Below, one piece after another: positions 7,257 through 17,037 of a stretch of 19,284 nucleotides of DNA. The first letter of the stretch is position 1, and each line of letters begins with the position of its first letter. A program made the translations under genes and the position numbers. Below the pieces are notes generated by a model. It was not told the origin of the DNA. It worked only from the letters and a program-made list of their open reading frames with translations, and did no database searches. This DNA comes from Myxococcales bacterium (GTDB lineage Bacteria > Myxococcota > Myxococcia > Myxococcales > Anaeromyxobacteraceae), in contig JBBQEB010000067.1 in assembly GCA_038320275.1 (NCBI GenBank), positions 1-19,284 on the forward strand, written 5' to 3'.

Positions 7257-8382
7257 AGGCCTCGATCGCGCCCGCGATGTCGCCCACCCGGTCTCCGCCG
7301 AACTTCTCCAGGAGCGCGTCCGCGAGCGTCCAGGCCACCACCGCCTCACCGACCACCGAGGCCGCCGGCACCGCGCAGACGTCGCTGCGCTCGTACTTGG
7401 CGGTGGTCTCCGCGCGGGTGGCGAGGTCGACCGTGGGGAGCCCCTTCGTCATGGTGGGGATGGGCTTCATGTACCCGCGGACGAGGAGCGGGGCGCCGTT
7501 GGTGACGCCCGCCTCGAGCCCTCCGGCCCGGTTCGTGTCCCGGTAGAACCCGCGCGCGGCGTCGTGGCGGATGGCGTCGTGGAAGGCGTCCCCGCGCAGC
7601 CGGACCTGCGTCCCCTCCCCCACCTCCGCCGCCCGGATGGCGGGGATGCCGCACAAGGCTCCGGCGAGCCGCGCGTCGAGCCGGCGGTCCGGGTGCACGT
7701 AGGAGCCGAGCCCGGGGGGAAGGCCGGTCGCGTACACCTCGAACGCCCCACCGATGGAGCCCCCGCGCGCCTTCTCGGCGTCGATCAGCTCGCGCCACCG
7801 CGCGGCGGTGGGCTCGTCATCCACCCGCAGGTCGGAGGCCTCGATGGCGGCGAGCGCCTCCGCCCCCGGGGGCGCGCCCACCTTGCGCTCCACCTCGCCG
7901 ATGGCGACCACCCGGCTCGAGACCTGCGCGCCGAAGCGGGCCAGGAGCTGGCGCGCGAGCGAGCCGAGCGCGACGGTGGCGGCGGTGGATCGCGCGCTGG
8001 CCCGCTCCAGGGCGTCGCGCGCGTCGTCGAACCCGTACTTGAGCGCGCCGGCCAGATCGGCGTGGCCGGGGCGGACCTGGGTGAACTTGCGCCCGCCACG
8101 GGCGTACGGGGAGACGAGCTCCTTCCAGCTCTCGTGGTCCTTGTTCCAGACCACCAGCGCGATGGGCGAGCCCAGGGTGACCCCGCCGCGCAGGCCGGAG
8201 AGGAACTGCGCCTCGTCGGTCTCGATCTTCTGGCGGCCGCCGCGGCCGTAGCCCTTCTGCCGGCGGCGCAGGTCGAGGTTCACCAGCTCGAAGTCGACCG
8301 TCAGGCCGGCGGGGAACCCCTCCGCGATGGCGCACAGGCCCGGTCCATGAGATTCACCCGCAGTGAGGTAACGCAAGCTCAT
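7237..8382 (-). CDS. aroC: Chorismate synthase, 381 aa
   Basis: ATG 8382 [76 protein letters not shown]. Confidence 0.97.
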   Translation of the reverse strand: MSLRYLTAGESHGPGLCAIAEGFPAGLTVDFELVNLDLRRRQKGYGRGGRQKIETDEAQFLSGLRGGVTLGSPIALVVWNKDHESWKELVSPYARGGRKFTQVRPGHADLAGALKYGFDDARDALERASARSTAATVALGSLARQLLARFGAQVSSRVVAIGEVERKVGAPPGAEALAAIEASDLRVDDEPTAARWRELIDAEKARGGSIGGAFEVYATGLPPGLGSYVHPDRRLDARLAGALCGIPAIRAAEVGEGTQVRLRGDAFHDAIRHDAARGFYRDTNRAGGLEAGVTNGAPLLVRGYMKPIPTMTKGLPTVDLATRAETTAKYERSDVCAVPAASVVGEAVVAWTLADALLEKFGGDRVGDIAGAIEAYVARIR

Positions 8383-9215
8383 CCGTCGCGCGCCGCGGTC
8401 CGCAGCGCCTCCGCCATGACCGGCTCGGGCGCGGGCTTCCCCGTCCAGAGCGTGAAAGCGAGCGTCCCCTGCCCGAGCAGGATCTCCTCGCCGGTGACCA
8501 CCTTGGCGCCCTCGGCGGCGGCGCGCCGCGCAAAGGGCGTGTCGCCGTAGACGAAGTCCACCGCCACCTGTCCCGGGTGCAGGTGAAGCGTGGGGAGCGC
8601 GTCGCCGTTGCCGTCGAGCCCGATGGAGGTCGCGTTGACGATGGTGCTGGCCGCCTCGGACCACATCATGGCCTCGGCCCAGGGGGCCGGCTCCACGCGG
8701 GCGCCGGGAAAGGCCCGCGCCATGCGGAGGCAGAGCGCCTCGGCCTCGGGCGTGCGCCGCGCCGCCACCGCCACCTCGACGCCCGCGGAGAGCAGCGCCC
8801 AGGCCGCCCCGTGCGCCGCACCTCCCGCGCCGAGGAGGAGGGCGCGCGAGCCCTTCGTAAGCCCCGCCGCCACCATCAGCGCACGGCAGGCCGGGGCATC
8901 GGTGTTGTAGCCCTCCCACCCTCGCGAGGTGCGCCGGAGCGTGTTGACCGCTCCGCACGCCTCGGCCGTGCCGTCGAGCCCGAGGCAGAGCGCGGCCGTG
9001 CGCTTCTTGTGCGGCACGGTGACGGAGAGCCCCTGGAACCCGAGGGCATGCGCCCCGCGCAGCGCCTCCTCCAGCCGGTCGGAAGGGACCGGAAGGGCCA
9101 CGTACGCGGCGTTGAGGCCGAGCGCCGCAAAGGCCGCGTTGTGCATGGCGGGGGAGAGGCTGTGCGCCACGGGGTGGCCCACGACGCCGAAGAGCGCGGT
9201 CGTTCCCGAGATCAT
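8379..9215 (-). CDS. aroE: Shikimate dehydrogenase
   Basis: [62 protein letters not shown]. Confidence 0.96.
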   Translation of the reverse strand: MISGTTALFGVVGHPVAHSLSPAMHNAAFAALGLNAAYVALPVPSDRLEEALRGAHALGFQGLSVTVPHKKRTAALCLGLDGTAEACGAVNTLRRTSRGWEGYNTDAPACRALMVAAGLTKGSRALLLGAGGAAHGAAWALLSAGVEVAVAARRTPEAEALCLRMARAFPGARVEPAPWAEAMMWSEAASTIVNATSIGLDGNGDALPTLHLHPGQVAVDFVYGDTPFARRAAAEGAKVVTGEEILLGQGTLAFTLWTGKPAPEPVMAEALRTAARDG

Positions 9216-10501
9216 GGCCTCACCTCCGCGAGACGGTCGAGGATGGCGAAGAAGGACGGGAAGCTGGTGGCGACGCAGGCCACGTCGTCCAGCTCCACCG
9301 CTTCGCCCTGGGTGAAGAGCTGCGCCACCGCCATGCTCATGGCGACCCGGTGGTCGAGCTTCGTCTGCACGGCGACGCCGCGCAGCGGGGTCGGCCCCTC
9401 GATCGCGCAGCCGTCCTCGAACAGCTCGATGCGGGCTCCCGCCCGCGAGAGCGCGTCGCCCATGCTGGCGAGCCGGTCCGACTCCTTCACCCGCAGCTCG
9501 CGCGCGTCCCGGAGGACCGTGCGCCCGCGCGCCTGGGTGGCGAGGACCATCACCGCCGGGAGCTCGTCGATGAGCCGGGGCACCAGCGCCCCCTCGACGG
9601 TGGTCCCGCGCAGCGGCGCAGCGCGCACGGTGACGTCGCCGCGCGGCTCGCCGGGCCCGGCGGTGGGCACCACCTCGACGCCGGCGCCCATGTCCCGCAG
9701 CACGTCGAGGAGCCCGCAGCGCGTGGGGTTGAGCCCGACGCCGCGGGCGGTGACCTCCGAGCCTTCCAGCGCGGCCGCGGCGCAGAGGAAGAACGCGGCG
9801 GAGGAGATATCACCCGGCACCTCGATGGCCGTGCCGCGCGGTCGCCCGGGCGACACGGTGACGCCCTCCGGCCCGGCGTGCACGCCCACCCCCATGGCGG
9901 CGAGGAGCCGCTCGGTGTGGTCGCGCGATGGGTGCGGCTCCACCACGGTGGTGAGCCCGTCGGCGAACAGCCCGGCGAGGAGCAGCGCGCTCTTCACTTG
10001 CGCGCTCGCCACGGGTAGCCGGTGGCGGGCGCCGCGCAGCGGCCCACCCAGCACCACCACCGGGGGAAGCCTGTCGCCGTCGCGGGCGTGCACCACGGCG
10101 CCCATGGTCCGCAGCGGCTCCAGGACCCTGCGCACGGGCCGGCGCCGGAGCGAGGCGTCGCCGGTGAGCACCGACAGTCCCGGCACGGCGGCCAGCACGC
10201 CGCACAAGAGCCGCAGGCTGGTCCCCGAGTTGCCGCAGTCGATCACGTCCCCGGGCTCGGAGAGCCGCTCGGGCGGCTCGACCCACACCAGCGGGCCCTC
10301 CTCTCGAACGCGGGCCCCGAGCGACTCCACCGCGCGCCGCGTCGCGCGCACGTCCTCCGCTTCCAGGAGCCCTCTCACCGACGAGCGCGAGGACGCGAGC
10401 GCCGCGAAGAGCAGGGCGCGGTGCGAGACCGACTTGTCGCCCGGCACCTCGAAGGACCCGCGCAGCGGGCCCTCCCTCCGGCAGGAGGCGGGCGTCTTCA
10501 T
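9212..10501 (-). CDS. aroA: EPSP synthase (3-phosphoshikimate 1-carboxyvinyltransferase), class II motifs, 429 aa
   Basis: ATG 10501; [67 protein letters not shown]. Confidence 0.97.
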   Translation of the reverse strand: MKTPASCRREGPLRGSFEVPGDKSVSHRALLFAALASSRSSVRGLLEAEDVRATRRAVESLGARVREEGPLVWVEPPERLSEPGDVIDCGNSGTSLRLLCGVLAAVPGLSVLTGDASLRRRPVRRVLEPLRTMGAVVHARDGDRLPPVVVLGGPLRGARHRLPVASAQVKSALLLAGLFADGLTTVVEPHPSRDHTERLLAAMGVGVHAGPEGVTVSPGRPRGTAIEVPGDISSAAFFLCAAAALEGSEVTARGVGLNPTRCGLLDVLRDMGAGVEVVPTAGPGEPRGDVTVRAAPLRGTTVEGALVPRLIDELPAVMVLATQARGRTVLRDARELRVKESDRLASMGDALSRAGARIELFEDGCAIEGPTPLRGVAVQTKLDHRVAMSMAVAQLFTQGEAVELDDVACVATSFPSFFAILDRLAEVRP

Positions 10502-11367
10502 CCCGCCTCCGCTTCCGGGTAGAGCGCTTCCCGGGCGAGCCGGGCTCCCTCCAGCGCCGAGCGGGCGGAGCCCGACGCATCGCCCGCTGCCTGGAGCAGG
10601 CGCGCCAGCTCCTCGTGGAGCGCCTCGGCCGCCGCAGGCAGCCGGCGGTTCCTGCGCGCCACCTCCCCCTGGATGTCGAACGGGAAGCGGGCGAGCCGGG
10701 TCATATCCCGCAGCCCGGGCCCGGCCAGCTCCGCCGCGAGCGGGCCGGCCCTGCGCGCCGCCAGCGCGAGCGCGCTCGCCACGAGATAGGGGAGGTGCGA
10801 GACGGTGGCGACCGCGGCATCGTGCTCCTTCGCGCGGCAGCGCACCACCCGCGCCCCGAGCGCCGCGTGGAAGGCGGCGACGCGCTCCACGGCCGCGGGA
10901 TCTCCGTCGGTGCACACGGCGACTGTTCCGCCGCGCCACAGCTCGGCGCGGGCCCCGGCGTACCCGCCGTGGCCGCCGAACATGGGGTGCGCGCCCGCGA
11001 ACCCGACCCCGGGCCGGACGCTCCTCGCCGCCGCGGCGACGAGCTCCTCCTTGGCCCCGCCCACGTCGCTCAGGACCGCGCCGTCCCCCATCGCGCGCGA
11101 CGCCGGGGCGAGCAGCTCCTCGATGGCGGCCACCGGCGTGCACAGGACGACGATGGCGCAGCCGGCCAGCTCCGGGCCTGCGGCGGCGAGATCGGCGAGC
11201 GCCACGTCGGCCACGCCGTCCGCGATCGCTGCCCGGCGGATCTCCTCGCGCGGCTCCACCGCCACGATCCGGACCGCCGGGTCCTTCGCCCTCGCGGCGC
11301 GCGCGAGCGAGGCGCCCATGAGCCCGAGGCCCACCACGCCCAGCGCGCGCGGCAGGGCTTCCTTCAC
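10498..11367 (-). CDS. tyrA: Prephenate/arogenate dehydrogenase, 289 aa
   Basis: GTG 11367 (GTGA overlap with aroF stop); [55 protein letters not shown]. Confidence 0.93.
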   Translation of the reverse strand: MKEALPRALGVVGLGLMGASLARAARAKDPAVRIVAVEPREEIRRAAIADGVADVALADLAAAGPELAGCAIVVLCTPVAAIEELLAPASRAMGDGAVLSDVGGAKEELVAAAARSVRPGVGFAGAHPMFGGHGGYAGARAELWRGGTVAVCTDGDPAAVERVAAFHAALGARVVRCRAKEHDAAVATVSHLPYLVASALALAARRAGPLAAELAGPGLRDMTRLARFPFDIQGEVARRNRRLPAAAEALHEELARLLQAAGDASGSARSALEGARLAREALYPEAEAG

Positions 11368-12392
11368 AGGCTGCGCCCGACCGCCTTCGCCACGGCCGAC
11401 AGGCTCGGCATGAGCTCGGCGAACATCGCGGGCGTGAGGGACTGCGGCCCGTCGGACATGGCGCGGGCCGGGTCGGGGTGCACCTCGATGATGAGCGCGT
11501 CGGCGCCGGCGGCGAGGCCCGCCCGCGACATGGCGGTGACGAGGGTGCGCTTTCCGGTCCCGTGGGACGGATCGACCACCACCGGCAGGTGCGACAGCTC
11601 CTTCAGCACGGGCACGGCCGAGAGGTCGAGCGTGTTGCGGGTGGCGCGCTCGTAGGTGCGGATGCCGCGCTCGCAGAGGATGACGTTGCGGTTGCCCTCG
11701 GCGAGCACGTACTCCGCCGCCATGAGGAGCTCCTCGCTGGTGCCGGAGAGCGCGCGCTTGAGCAGCACCGGCTTTTTGGCGCGGCCGCAGGCTTGGAGCA
11801 GGTTGTAGTTCTGCATGTTGCGCGCGCCGATCTGGAGGCAGTCGGCGTACTCGTCCACCATGGGAACCATCTCCGGCGACATCACCTCGGTGATGACGGG
11901 CATCCCGGTGAGCTCCCGGGCGCGGGCGAGGATCTGCAGCCCCTTCTCTCCCAGGCCCTGAAACGAGTACGGGCTGGAACGCGGCTTGAACGCGCCGCCG
12001 CGCAGCACCCGCGCACCGGACGCCCGCACCGCCTGGGCGACCTCGCTCATCTGCTCCTGGCTCTCCACCGCGCAGGGGCCCGCGATGACGACCACCTCGG
12101 CCCCGCCGATCCGCACCGCGCCGGGGCCGGTGCCGAGCGTCACGATGGAGGGCTCGGGGTGGAAGTCCACCGAGGCGAGCTTGAAGGGCTTCAGCACCCG
12201 GACGCACTCGGACACGCCCGGCAGCCCCTCGAACATGCCCGCGTCGGCCACCCGGCGGTCGTCGCCGATGACGCCGATGATGGTGCGCTCCTCGCCGCGG
12301 GAGACGTTGTGCCGGAACCCGGCCTCGGAGATGCGCGCCAGCACGCCCTCCACCTCCGCATCGCCAGCGCCCTTCTTCATCACCACGATCAC
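11364..12392 (-). CDS. aroF: DAHP synthase, type I-beta with N-terminal regulatory (ACT/ferredoxin-like) domain
   Basis: GTG start after SD GAGGTGA; MIVVMK...[10 protein letters not shown]-domain; [64 protein letters not shown]. Confidence 0.96.
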   Translation of the reverse strand: MIVVMKKGAGDAEVEGVLARISEAGFRHNVSRGEERTIIGVIGDDRRVADAGMFEGLPGVSECVRVLKPFKLASVDFHPEPSIVTLGTGPGAVRIGGAEVVVIAGPCAVESQEQMSEVAQAVRASGARVLRGGAFKPRSSPYSFQGLGEKGLQILARARELTGMPVITEVMSPEMVPMVDEYADCLQIGARNMQNYNLLQACGRAKKPVLLKRALSGTSEELLMAAEYVLAEGNRNVILCERGIRTYERATRNTLDLSAVPVLKELSHLPVVVDPSHGTGKRTLVTAMSRAGLAAGADALIIEVHPDPARAMSDGPQSLTPAMFAELMPSLSAVAKAVGRSL

Positions 12393-12405
12393 GACTTCAC
12401 CTCGT

Positions 12406-12762
12406 TCACTTGTGCAGGTCGGGGCGGAGCACCTTCGCTCCGCGCAGGTAGACGTGGTGCGCCTCGGCCGGGGCGCCGCTGTCCACGTGAATGAGCACGC
12501 GCACCGTGCGCGGCAACGAGCCGGGCACGGGGATCTCGCGCGAGCAGATCATCGGCACCCGGTTCCAGCCGCCCTTCACGCGCGCCGCCCGGGCCGGGAA
12601 GTCCGCATCGAGGTCGTGCGTGACCGTGAAGATGGCCCAGACGATCTCCTCCTGGCGCAGGGCGTTGGCCTCGTCGATGGCGCGGCAGAGCTCGGCGACG
12701 GCGTCTTCCATCGCCTCCACGCTGTTCGCGTCGATCTGGGTTGCACCTCGGATGCCGCGCAT
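12406..12762 (-). CDS. aroH: AroH-class (Bacillus/Thermus-type) chorismate mutase
   Basis: [61 protein letters not shown]. Confidence 0.95.
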   Translation of the reverse strand: MRGIRGATQIDANSVEAMEDAVAELCRAIDEANALRQEEIVWAIFTVTHDLDADFPARAARVKGGWNRVPMICSREIPVPGSLPRTVRVLIHVDSGAPAEAHHVYLRGAKVLRPDLHK

Positions 12763-12775
12763 GGGGAAGCGCGGG

Positions 12776-12805
12776 AGTATACGGGCGGGCGGGCAGGCCC
12801 GTCCA
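12776..12805 (-). promoter_or_regulatory. Putative sigma70-type promoter for the aro operon
   Basis: Minus strand TGGACG (12805-12800) - 18 nt - TATACT (12781-12776), 13 nt upstream of the aroH ATG; the AT-rich hexamer stands out in this GC-rich spacer. Confidence 0.55.
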
Positions 12806-12823
12806 CCGCCTCGAGCTCGACGG

Positions 12824-13168
12824 CTACCCGGGAGGCCATCCCAGCGCGCGGCCTCCGAGCAGGTGCAGGTGGAGGTGGAACACGGTCTGGCCCGCGTCGG
12901 GCCCGCAGTTCACCACCGTGCGCCAGCCCCGCGTCCCGAGCCCCCGCTCCCGCGCGAGCCGGGTCGCGGCGCGGTGGAGATCTCCCACGAGCGCGTCGTC
13001 GGCCTCGGCGAGGTCGTTCAGGCTGGCGACGTGGCGGCGCGGGATCACGAGCAGGTGCACCGGCGCCTGCGGGTTCACGTCCTCGAAGGCGACGAGGTCG
13101 TCCTCCTCCAGCACCAGGCGGGCGGGGATCTCCTTGGCGGCGATCCGGCAGAAGAGGCAGTCGGTCAT
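12824..13168 (-). CDS. hinT: Histidine triad nucleotide-binding protein (HinT/Hint)
   Basis: DCLFCRI, AFEDVNPQAPVHLLVIPRRH, NCGPDAGQTVFHLHLHLLGGR, GWPPG. Confidence 0.95.
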   Translation of the reverse strand: MTDCLFCRIAAKEIPARLVLEEDDLVAFEDVNPQAPVHLLVIPRRHVASLNDLAEADDALVGDLHRAATRLARERGLGTRGWRTVVNCGPDAGQTVFHLHLHLLGGRALGWPPG

Positions 13169-13193
13169 GGAACGTTTCTCCGAAGGAAGGGGG

Positions 13194-13643
13194 TCAGAAG
13201 AGCTTTTCGGAATCGAGGAGGAGGGTGACGGGGCCGTCGTTCACGAGCTCGAGCTGCATGTCGGCGCGGAAGACGCCGGTCGCGACCGGCAGCCCCTTCT
13301 CGCGCAGGAGCGCCACCGTGCGCTCATAGAGTCCCTCGGCCTCCTGCGGTGGCGCGGCGGCGGCAAAGCTCGGGCGATTGCCCCTGCGCGCGTCGCCGAG
13401 GAGCGTGAATTGCGAGACCACCAGCACTCCGCCCCCGGTCTCGGCGACCGACCGGTTCAGCTTGCCCCGCTCGTCCTCGAAGATCCGCAGAGCGGCCAGC
13501 TTGTCCGCCATGGCCTGGGCGGACGCCTCGCCGTCGCCCTGAGCGACCCCGAGCAGCACCGCGAGCCCCTGGCCGATGCGCCCGACGACCTCGCCGCCCA
13601 CGCGCACCTCGGCGCGGAGCACTCTCTGGACCACGGCTCGCAC
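13194..13643 (-). CDS. dtd: D-aminoacyl-tRNA deacylase (D-Tyr-tRNA(Tyr) deacylase), 149 aa
   Basis: GTG 13643 after [55 protein letters not shown]. Confidence 0.96.
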   Translation of the reverse strand: MRAVVQRVLRAEVRVGGEVVGRIGQGLAVLLGVAQGDGEASAQAMADKLAALRIFEDERGKLNRSVAETGGGVLVVSQFTLLGDARRGNRPSFAAAAPPQEAEGLYERTVALLREKGLPVATGVFRADMQLELVNDGPVTLLLDSEKLF

Positions 13644-13746
13644 GGCACGTTCCTTGGCGCGTCCTGCGCGGCGCGGCAACGCGATCCGCGGCGCCGCCCG
13701 GGGCGATGACATCCTCGCACGGCCCGTGCTACAGGCTCGCCCCCGC

Positions 13747-14787
13747 ATGCTGCTCCTCCGCGACGCGCAGAGATCCGACGCAGAGGCGCTGTCGGCGCTC
13801 GCCGCCGAGCTCGATTCGGTGAACCTCCCGCACGACGAGCGGGCCCTCGGCGGCATCATCGACCGGTCCCTGCGCAGCTTCGCGGGCACCATCCGAGACC
13901 CGCTCGCCCGCTCCTACGTGTTCGTGCTGGAGGACCCTGCCTCGGGGCGCGTCCTCGGCACCTCGATGATCATCGCGCAGCACGGCACGCGCGAGTCGCC
14001 CTGCACCTTCTTCGACGTCTCGGAGCGCGAGCACTACTCCTCGACCATCGACCGGCACTTTCGCCACGTGGTGCTCTCCATCGGCTACCACTTCGATGGG
14101 CCCACCGAGATCGGAGGGCTGGTGGTGCACCCCGACGACCGGCGCGGCGCCGGGAAGCCGGGGAAGCAGCTCGCCTACGTGCGCTTCCTGTACCTCGCCA
14201 TGCACCGCCGCCGCTTCCGGGACAAGGTGCTGGCGGAGCTCATGCCCCCGCTGCTCCCGGACGGTCGGAGCCTCTTCTGGGAGGCCTGCGGCAGGCGCTT
14301 CACCGGGCTCGCCTACGGCGACGCCGACCGGAAGAGCCGCGAGAACAAGGAGTTCATCCAGCACCTCTTCCCGCCCGGCGACCTCTACGCGACCCTCCTG
14401 CCGCCGCGCGTGCAGCGGCTCCTGGGCGCCGTGGGGCCCGAGACGAAGGGGGTGAAGAAGATGCTGGAGCGCATCGGCTTCCGCTACGTCGACCGCATCG
14501 ACCCGTTCGACGGGGGGCCTCACTACGAGGCGTGCACCGAGGACGTCACCCTCGTCCGGGCGCACCGGCGCTCGCGGCTCTCGCCCCTCGCCCTCCCGGA
14601 GGACGCCGCCGCGCCCCTCGTGCTGGCAGCAGCGGAGCGGGGCGACCCCGGCCGAGGCCGGCCCCGCTTCCGGGCCGTGTGCACGCGGCTGGCGCTGCGG
14701 GGCGAGTCAGCGCTCCTCCCCGCCCACGCCCGCGAGCTCCTCGGGGCCGAGCCGGGCGACAGGATCGACGCTGTGCCGTTCGAGTGA
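13747..14787 (+). CDS. astA: Arginine N-succinyltransferase family protein, 346 aa
   Basis: ATG 13747; [36 protein letters not shown]...[40 protein letters not shown] match the AstA family as recalled. Confidence 0.88.
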   Translation: MLLLRDAQRSDAEALSALAAELDSVNLPHDERALGGIIDRSLRSFAGTIRDPLARSYVFVLEDPASGRVLGTSMIIAQHGTRESPCTFFDVSEREHYSSTIDRHFRHVVLSIGYHFDGPTEIGGLVVHPDDRRGAGKPGKQLAYVRFLYLAMHRRRFRDKVLAELMPPLLPDGRSLFWEACGRRFTGLAYGDADRKSRENKEFIQHLFPPGDLYATLLPPRVQRLLGAVGPETKGVKKMLERIGFRYVDRIDPFDGGPHYEACTEDVTLVRAHRRSRLSPLALPEDAAAPLVLAAAERGDPGRGRPRFRAVCTRLALRGESALLPAHARELLGAEPGDRIDAVPFE

Positions 14788-14792
14788 CAATG

Positions 14793-14838
14793 AGGGAGCA
14801 CCCCGCGGCCGCTCGCGAGCGGCGCCGCGCCAGTCCCT
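14793..14838. terminator. Hairpin between convergent astA and antitoxin-like genes (possible bidirectional terminator)
   Basis: Perfect 16-bp palindrome GCCGCTCGCGAGCGGC (14808-14823) with flanking CGCG arms and outer AGGGA/TCCCT; no U-tract. Confidence 0.4.
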
Positions 14839-14839
14839 G

Positions 14840-15115
14840 TCAGCTGTAGACACCTGCCTCGATCCGGCCGAGCACGCGGAGGACGGCCTCGAGGCCCGCC
14901 TGCGTGCGGAGAAGGTCGAGCGGTACCATCCCGCCCAGCGCGCGATTGGGCGTGCGGAGCCATGCGGCGGCCGAGGCTCGATCCTGGAGCACCTCCTCCG
15001 CGCGCGCGGTGGCGCGAGCGCGTCCTCCCGGCTGATCCGATTGGCGCGCGCCGGGAGCAGCAGGGCGAGCCTTGGGTCGCGTCCCCTCGCGGTGACGTTT
15101 CGAAGCGGCCATCAC
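14840..15115 (-). CDS. Antitoxin Xre/MbcA/ParS C-terminal (DUF2384-like) domain protein, orphan
   Basis: AEEVLQDRASAAAWLRTPNRALGGMVPLDLLRTQAGLEAVLRVLGRIEAGVYS is the typical W...PN.ALGG..PL.LL.T..G...V...LGRIE.GV signature; start GTG 15115 or ATG 15112 overlaps the argB stop. Confidence 0.85.
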   Translation of the reverse strand: MMAASKRHREGTRPKARPAAPGARQSDQPGGRARATARAEEVLQDRASAAAWLRTPNRALGGMVPLDLLRTQAGLEAVLRVLGRIEAGVYS

Positions 15116-15927
15116 CCCTCCAGCACGGTCCCCACGCTCCCAGGCTGGAGCACGGCGCGCACGAGGTCCCCAGGGGCGAGCTTGCCCACCACCACGACGG
15201 AGCGGGCCCCGCCCGCGAGCACGGCGAAGCTCTCCTCCAGCTTGGGGATCATGCCGCCGGAGATGGTGCCGTCGGCCACGCCGGCGCGGAAGTCGGCCGC
15301 GGTCATGCGGGCGATGCGGCTCGCCGGGTCCCGCACGTCGCGCAGCACCCCGGGGGTGGAGGTCACGAGGACGAGGGCGTCGGCGCGCAGCGCGCCGGCG
15401 AGCGCGCTCGCCACCGTGTCGCCATTGATGTTGAGCGACTGGCCGGCGGCGTCGCAGCCGAGGCAGGCCAGCACGGGCACCATGCGGCGCTCCTGAATGT
15501 CCGAGAGGAGCCCCAGGTTGAAGCCCATGACGTCGCCCACCAGGCCGAGGTCCACCGGCTCCGGCCCTGCGCCGGTGAGCGGCCGCGGCGGACGGCGGCG
15601 GGCCTGGATCATGTGACCGCTCGCGCCGTGGAGCCCCACCCCCATCACCCCGTGGGCGAGGAGTCGGGCGCAGAGGTCCACGTTCACCGCGCCCGCCACC
15701 GTGTACTTCATGACCTCGAGCGCGGCCTCGTCGGTGACGCGCTTGCCGGCGACGATGCGCGGCTCTTGCCCCAGCCGCTTCTGGAGGGCGCTGGCCTGCG
15801 GCCCACCTCCGTGCACCAGGGTGATGCGGTGCCAGCCCCCCACCAGCTCGCGAAGATCGTCCGCGATGACGTCCAGTTCCGGGGAGGCGACCACCTCGCC
15901 GCCCAGCTTCACGACCACGGTCTTCAT
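15112..15927 (-). CDS. argB: Acetylglutamate kinase
   Basis: VVKLGGE, VHGGGPQ, GKRVTD, AGAVN, DLGLVGDV, LNINGDTVA, ISGGMIPKL, GT near the C-terminus. Confidence 0.93.
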   Translation of the reverse strand: MKTVVVKLGGEVVASPELDVIADDLRELVGGWHRITLVHGGGPQASALQKRLGQEPRIVAGKRVTDEAALEVMKYTVAGAVNVDLCARLLAHGVMGVGLHGASGHMIQARRRPPRPLTGAGPEPVDLGLVGDVMGFNLGLLSDIQERRMVPVLACLGCDAAGQSLNINGDTVASALAGALRADALVLVTSTPGVLRDVRDPASRIARMTAADFRAGVADGTISGGMIPKLEESFAVLAGGARSVVVVGKLAPGDLVRAVLQPGSVGTVLEG

Positions 15928-16985
15928 GGCGGCCAGGGCCCCCTGTCCTCGAGCGACGCGGCCTCGGGAAGTCCGAGCGCGAGATTCATGTTCTGGATCG
16001 CCTGTCCCGCGCCGCCTTTGACCAGATTATCGGTCGCGGCGAACAGGGCCGCGGTGCGCCGCCCGCGAAAGGCCGGGCCGAGGGCGGCGCCCACCTCGGC
16101 GAAGTTGGAGCCCGACACCGCCGCCACCTCCGGCAGCCGCTGGCGGGGCACCCGCACGAAGGGCTCGCCCGCGAAGCGCTCCTCGTAGAGCCCCCTCAGT
16201 CGATCCTCGGTGTAGTCGTCCGGCAGCTCGACGAAGGCGGTGACGAGGATGCCGCGCGCGAGCGGCGCCGAGACGGGGACGAAGCGAAGCTCGAGCTCCC
16301 GCGCGCCGGCCTGGACGAGCAGCTCCACGATCTCGGGAACGTGCTGATGCTCCAGCGGCTTGTAGGCGCGCAGGTTGGCGGCTCGCACCGCGTGATGAGT
16401 GCCCGCGGACGGGGCCACACCCGAGCCGGAGCTTCCGGTGATCCCCTGCACGTGGACGACGCCCTCGAGGAGCCCGGCGGAAGCGAGCGGGAGCAGGGCG
16501 AGCTCGACCGTGGTCGCGAAGCAGCCCGGCGAGGCGATGGCGCGCGCGCCGCGGAGCCGCTCGCGGTTCACCTCGGGCAGGCCGTAGACGAAGTCCTTCA
16601 GGAGCTCGGGGTGCGGGTGAGGGCCGCCGTAGGCGCGGGCGTAGGCGGCGGCGTCCTTCAGCCGGAAGTCGCCGCTCATGTCGACGACCGTGGCGCCCGT
16701 GGCCAGGAGCTCCGGCATGAGGCGGGCCGAGACCTTGTGCGGCAGGCCGAGCAGCACCACGTCGGCATCGCGCGCCGCCTCGGAGGGGGACAACTGCTCG
16801 AACCGGAACCCCGGCAACCCCTCCAGCGGAGGGTGGGCGGACCCGAGCGGCTCGCCCACGTGATCGACCGAGGCCACCCGCGCCAGCTCCACGTCGGGAT
16901 GCAGGAGCAGCCGCCGGATGAGCTCGCCGCCGCCGTAGCCGGAGCCGCCCATCACCGCCGCCCGGTAGCGCTTGCTGGCCGCCAT
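15924..16985 (-). CDS. argC: N-acetyl-gamma-glutamyl-phosphate reductase
   Basis: GGSGYGGGEL.R.L..HP, LGLPH, VDMSGDFRL, YGLPE, ASPGCFAT, HQHVPEI, RGILVT, DNLVKGGAGQAIQNMNL. Confidence 0.93.
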   Translation of the reverse strand: MAASKRYRAAVMGGSGYGGGELIRRLLLHPDVELARVASVDHVGEPLGSAHPPLEGLPGFRFEQLSPSEAARDADVVLLGLPHKVSARLMPELLATGATVVDMSGDFRLKDAAAYARAYGGPHPHPELLKDFVYGLPEVNRERLRGARAIASPGCFATTVELALLPLASAGLLEGVVHVQGITGSSGSGVAPSAGTHHAVRAANLRAYKPLEHQHVPEIVELLVQAGARELELRFVPVSAPLARGILVTAFVELPDDYTEDRLRGLYEERFAGEPFVRVPRQRLPEVAAVSGSNFAEVGAALGPAFRGRRTAALFAATDNLVKGGAGQAIQNMNLALGLPEAASLEDRGPWPP

Positions 16986-17037
16986 GGGCCTCTCTTATAC
17001 CCGGCGTCGAAGTCGGGACCAGGCCGGAAGGGGAGCG

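Noticed and set aside
8577..11321. 914-aa plus-strand ORF and other long antisense ORFs (6940-8550, 4096-5127, 11986-13329, 14962-16188)
   Set aside because: Antisense shadows of well-supported genes; stop codons are scarce in very GC-rich DNA and the translations are Arg/Pro/Ala/Ser-rich without motifs.
5113..13892. Long N-terminal extensions or apparent fusions in ORF-track calls for the GT (5394), aroK (7349), aroC (8958), aroA (11143), tyrA (12207) and dtd (13892)
   Set aside because: Extensions overlap neighbouring genes in other frames; conserved N-terminal motifs and stop/start overlaps define the shorter starts.
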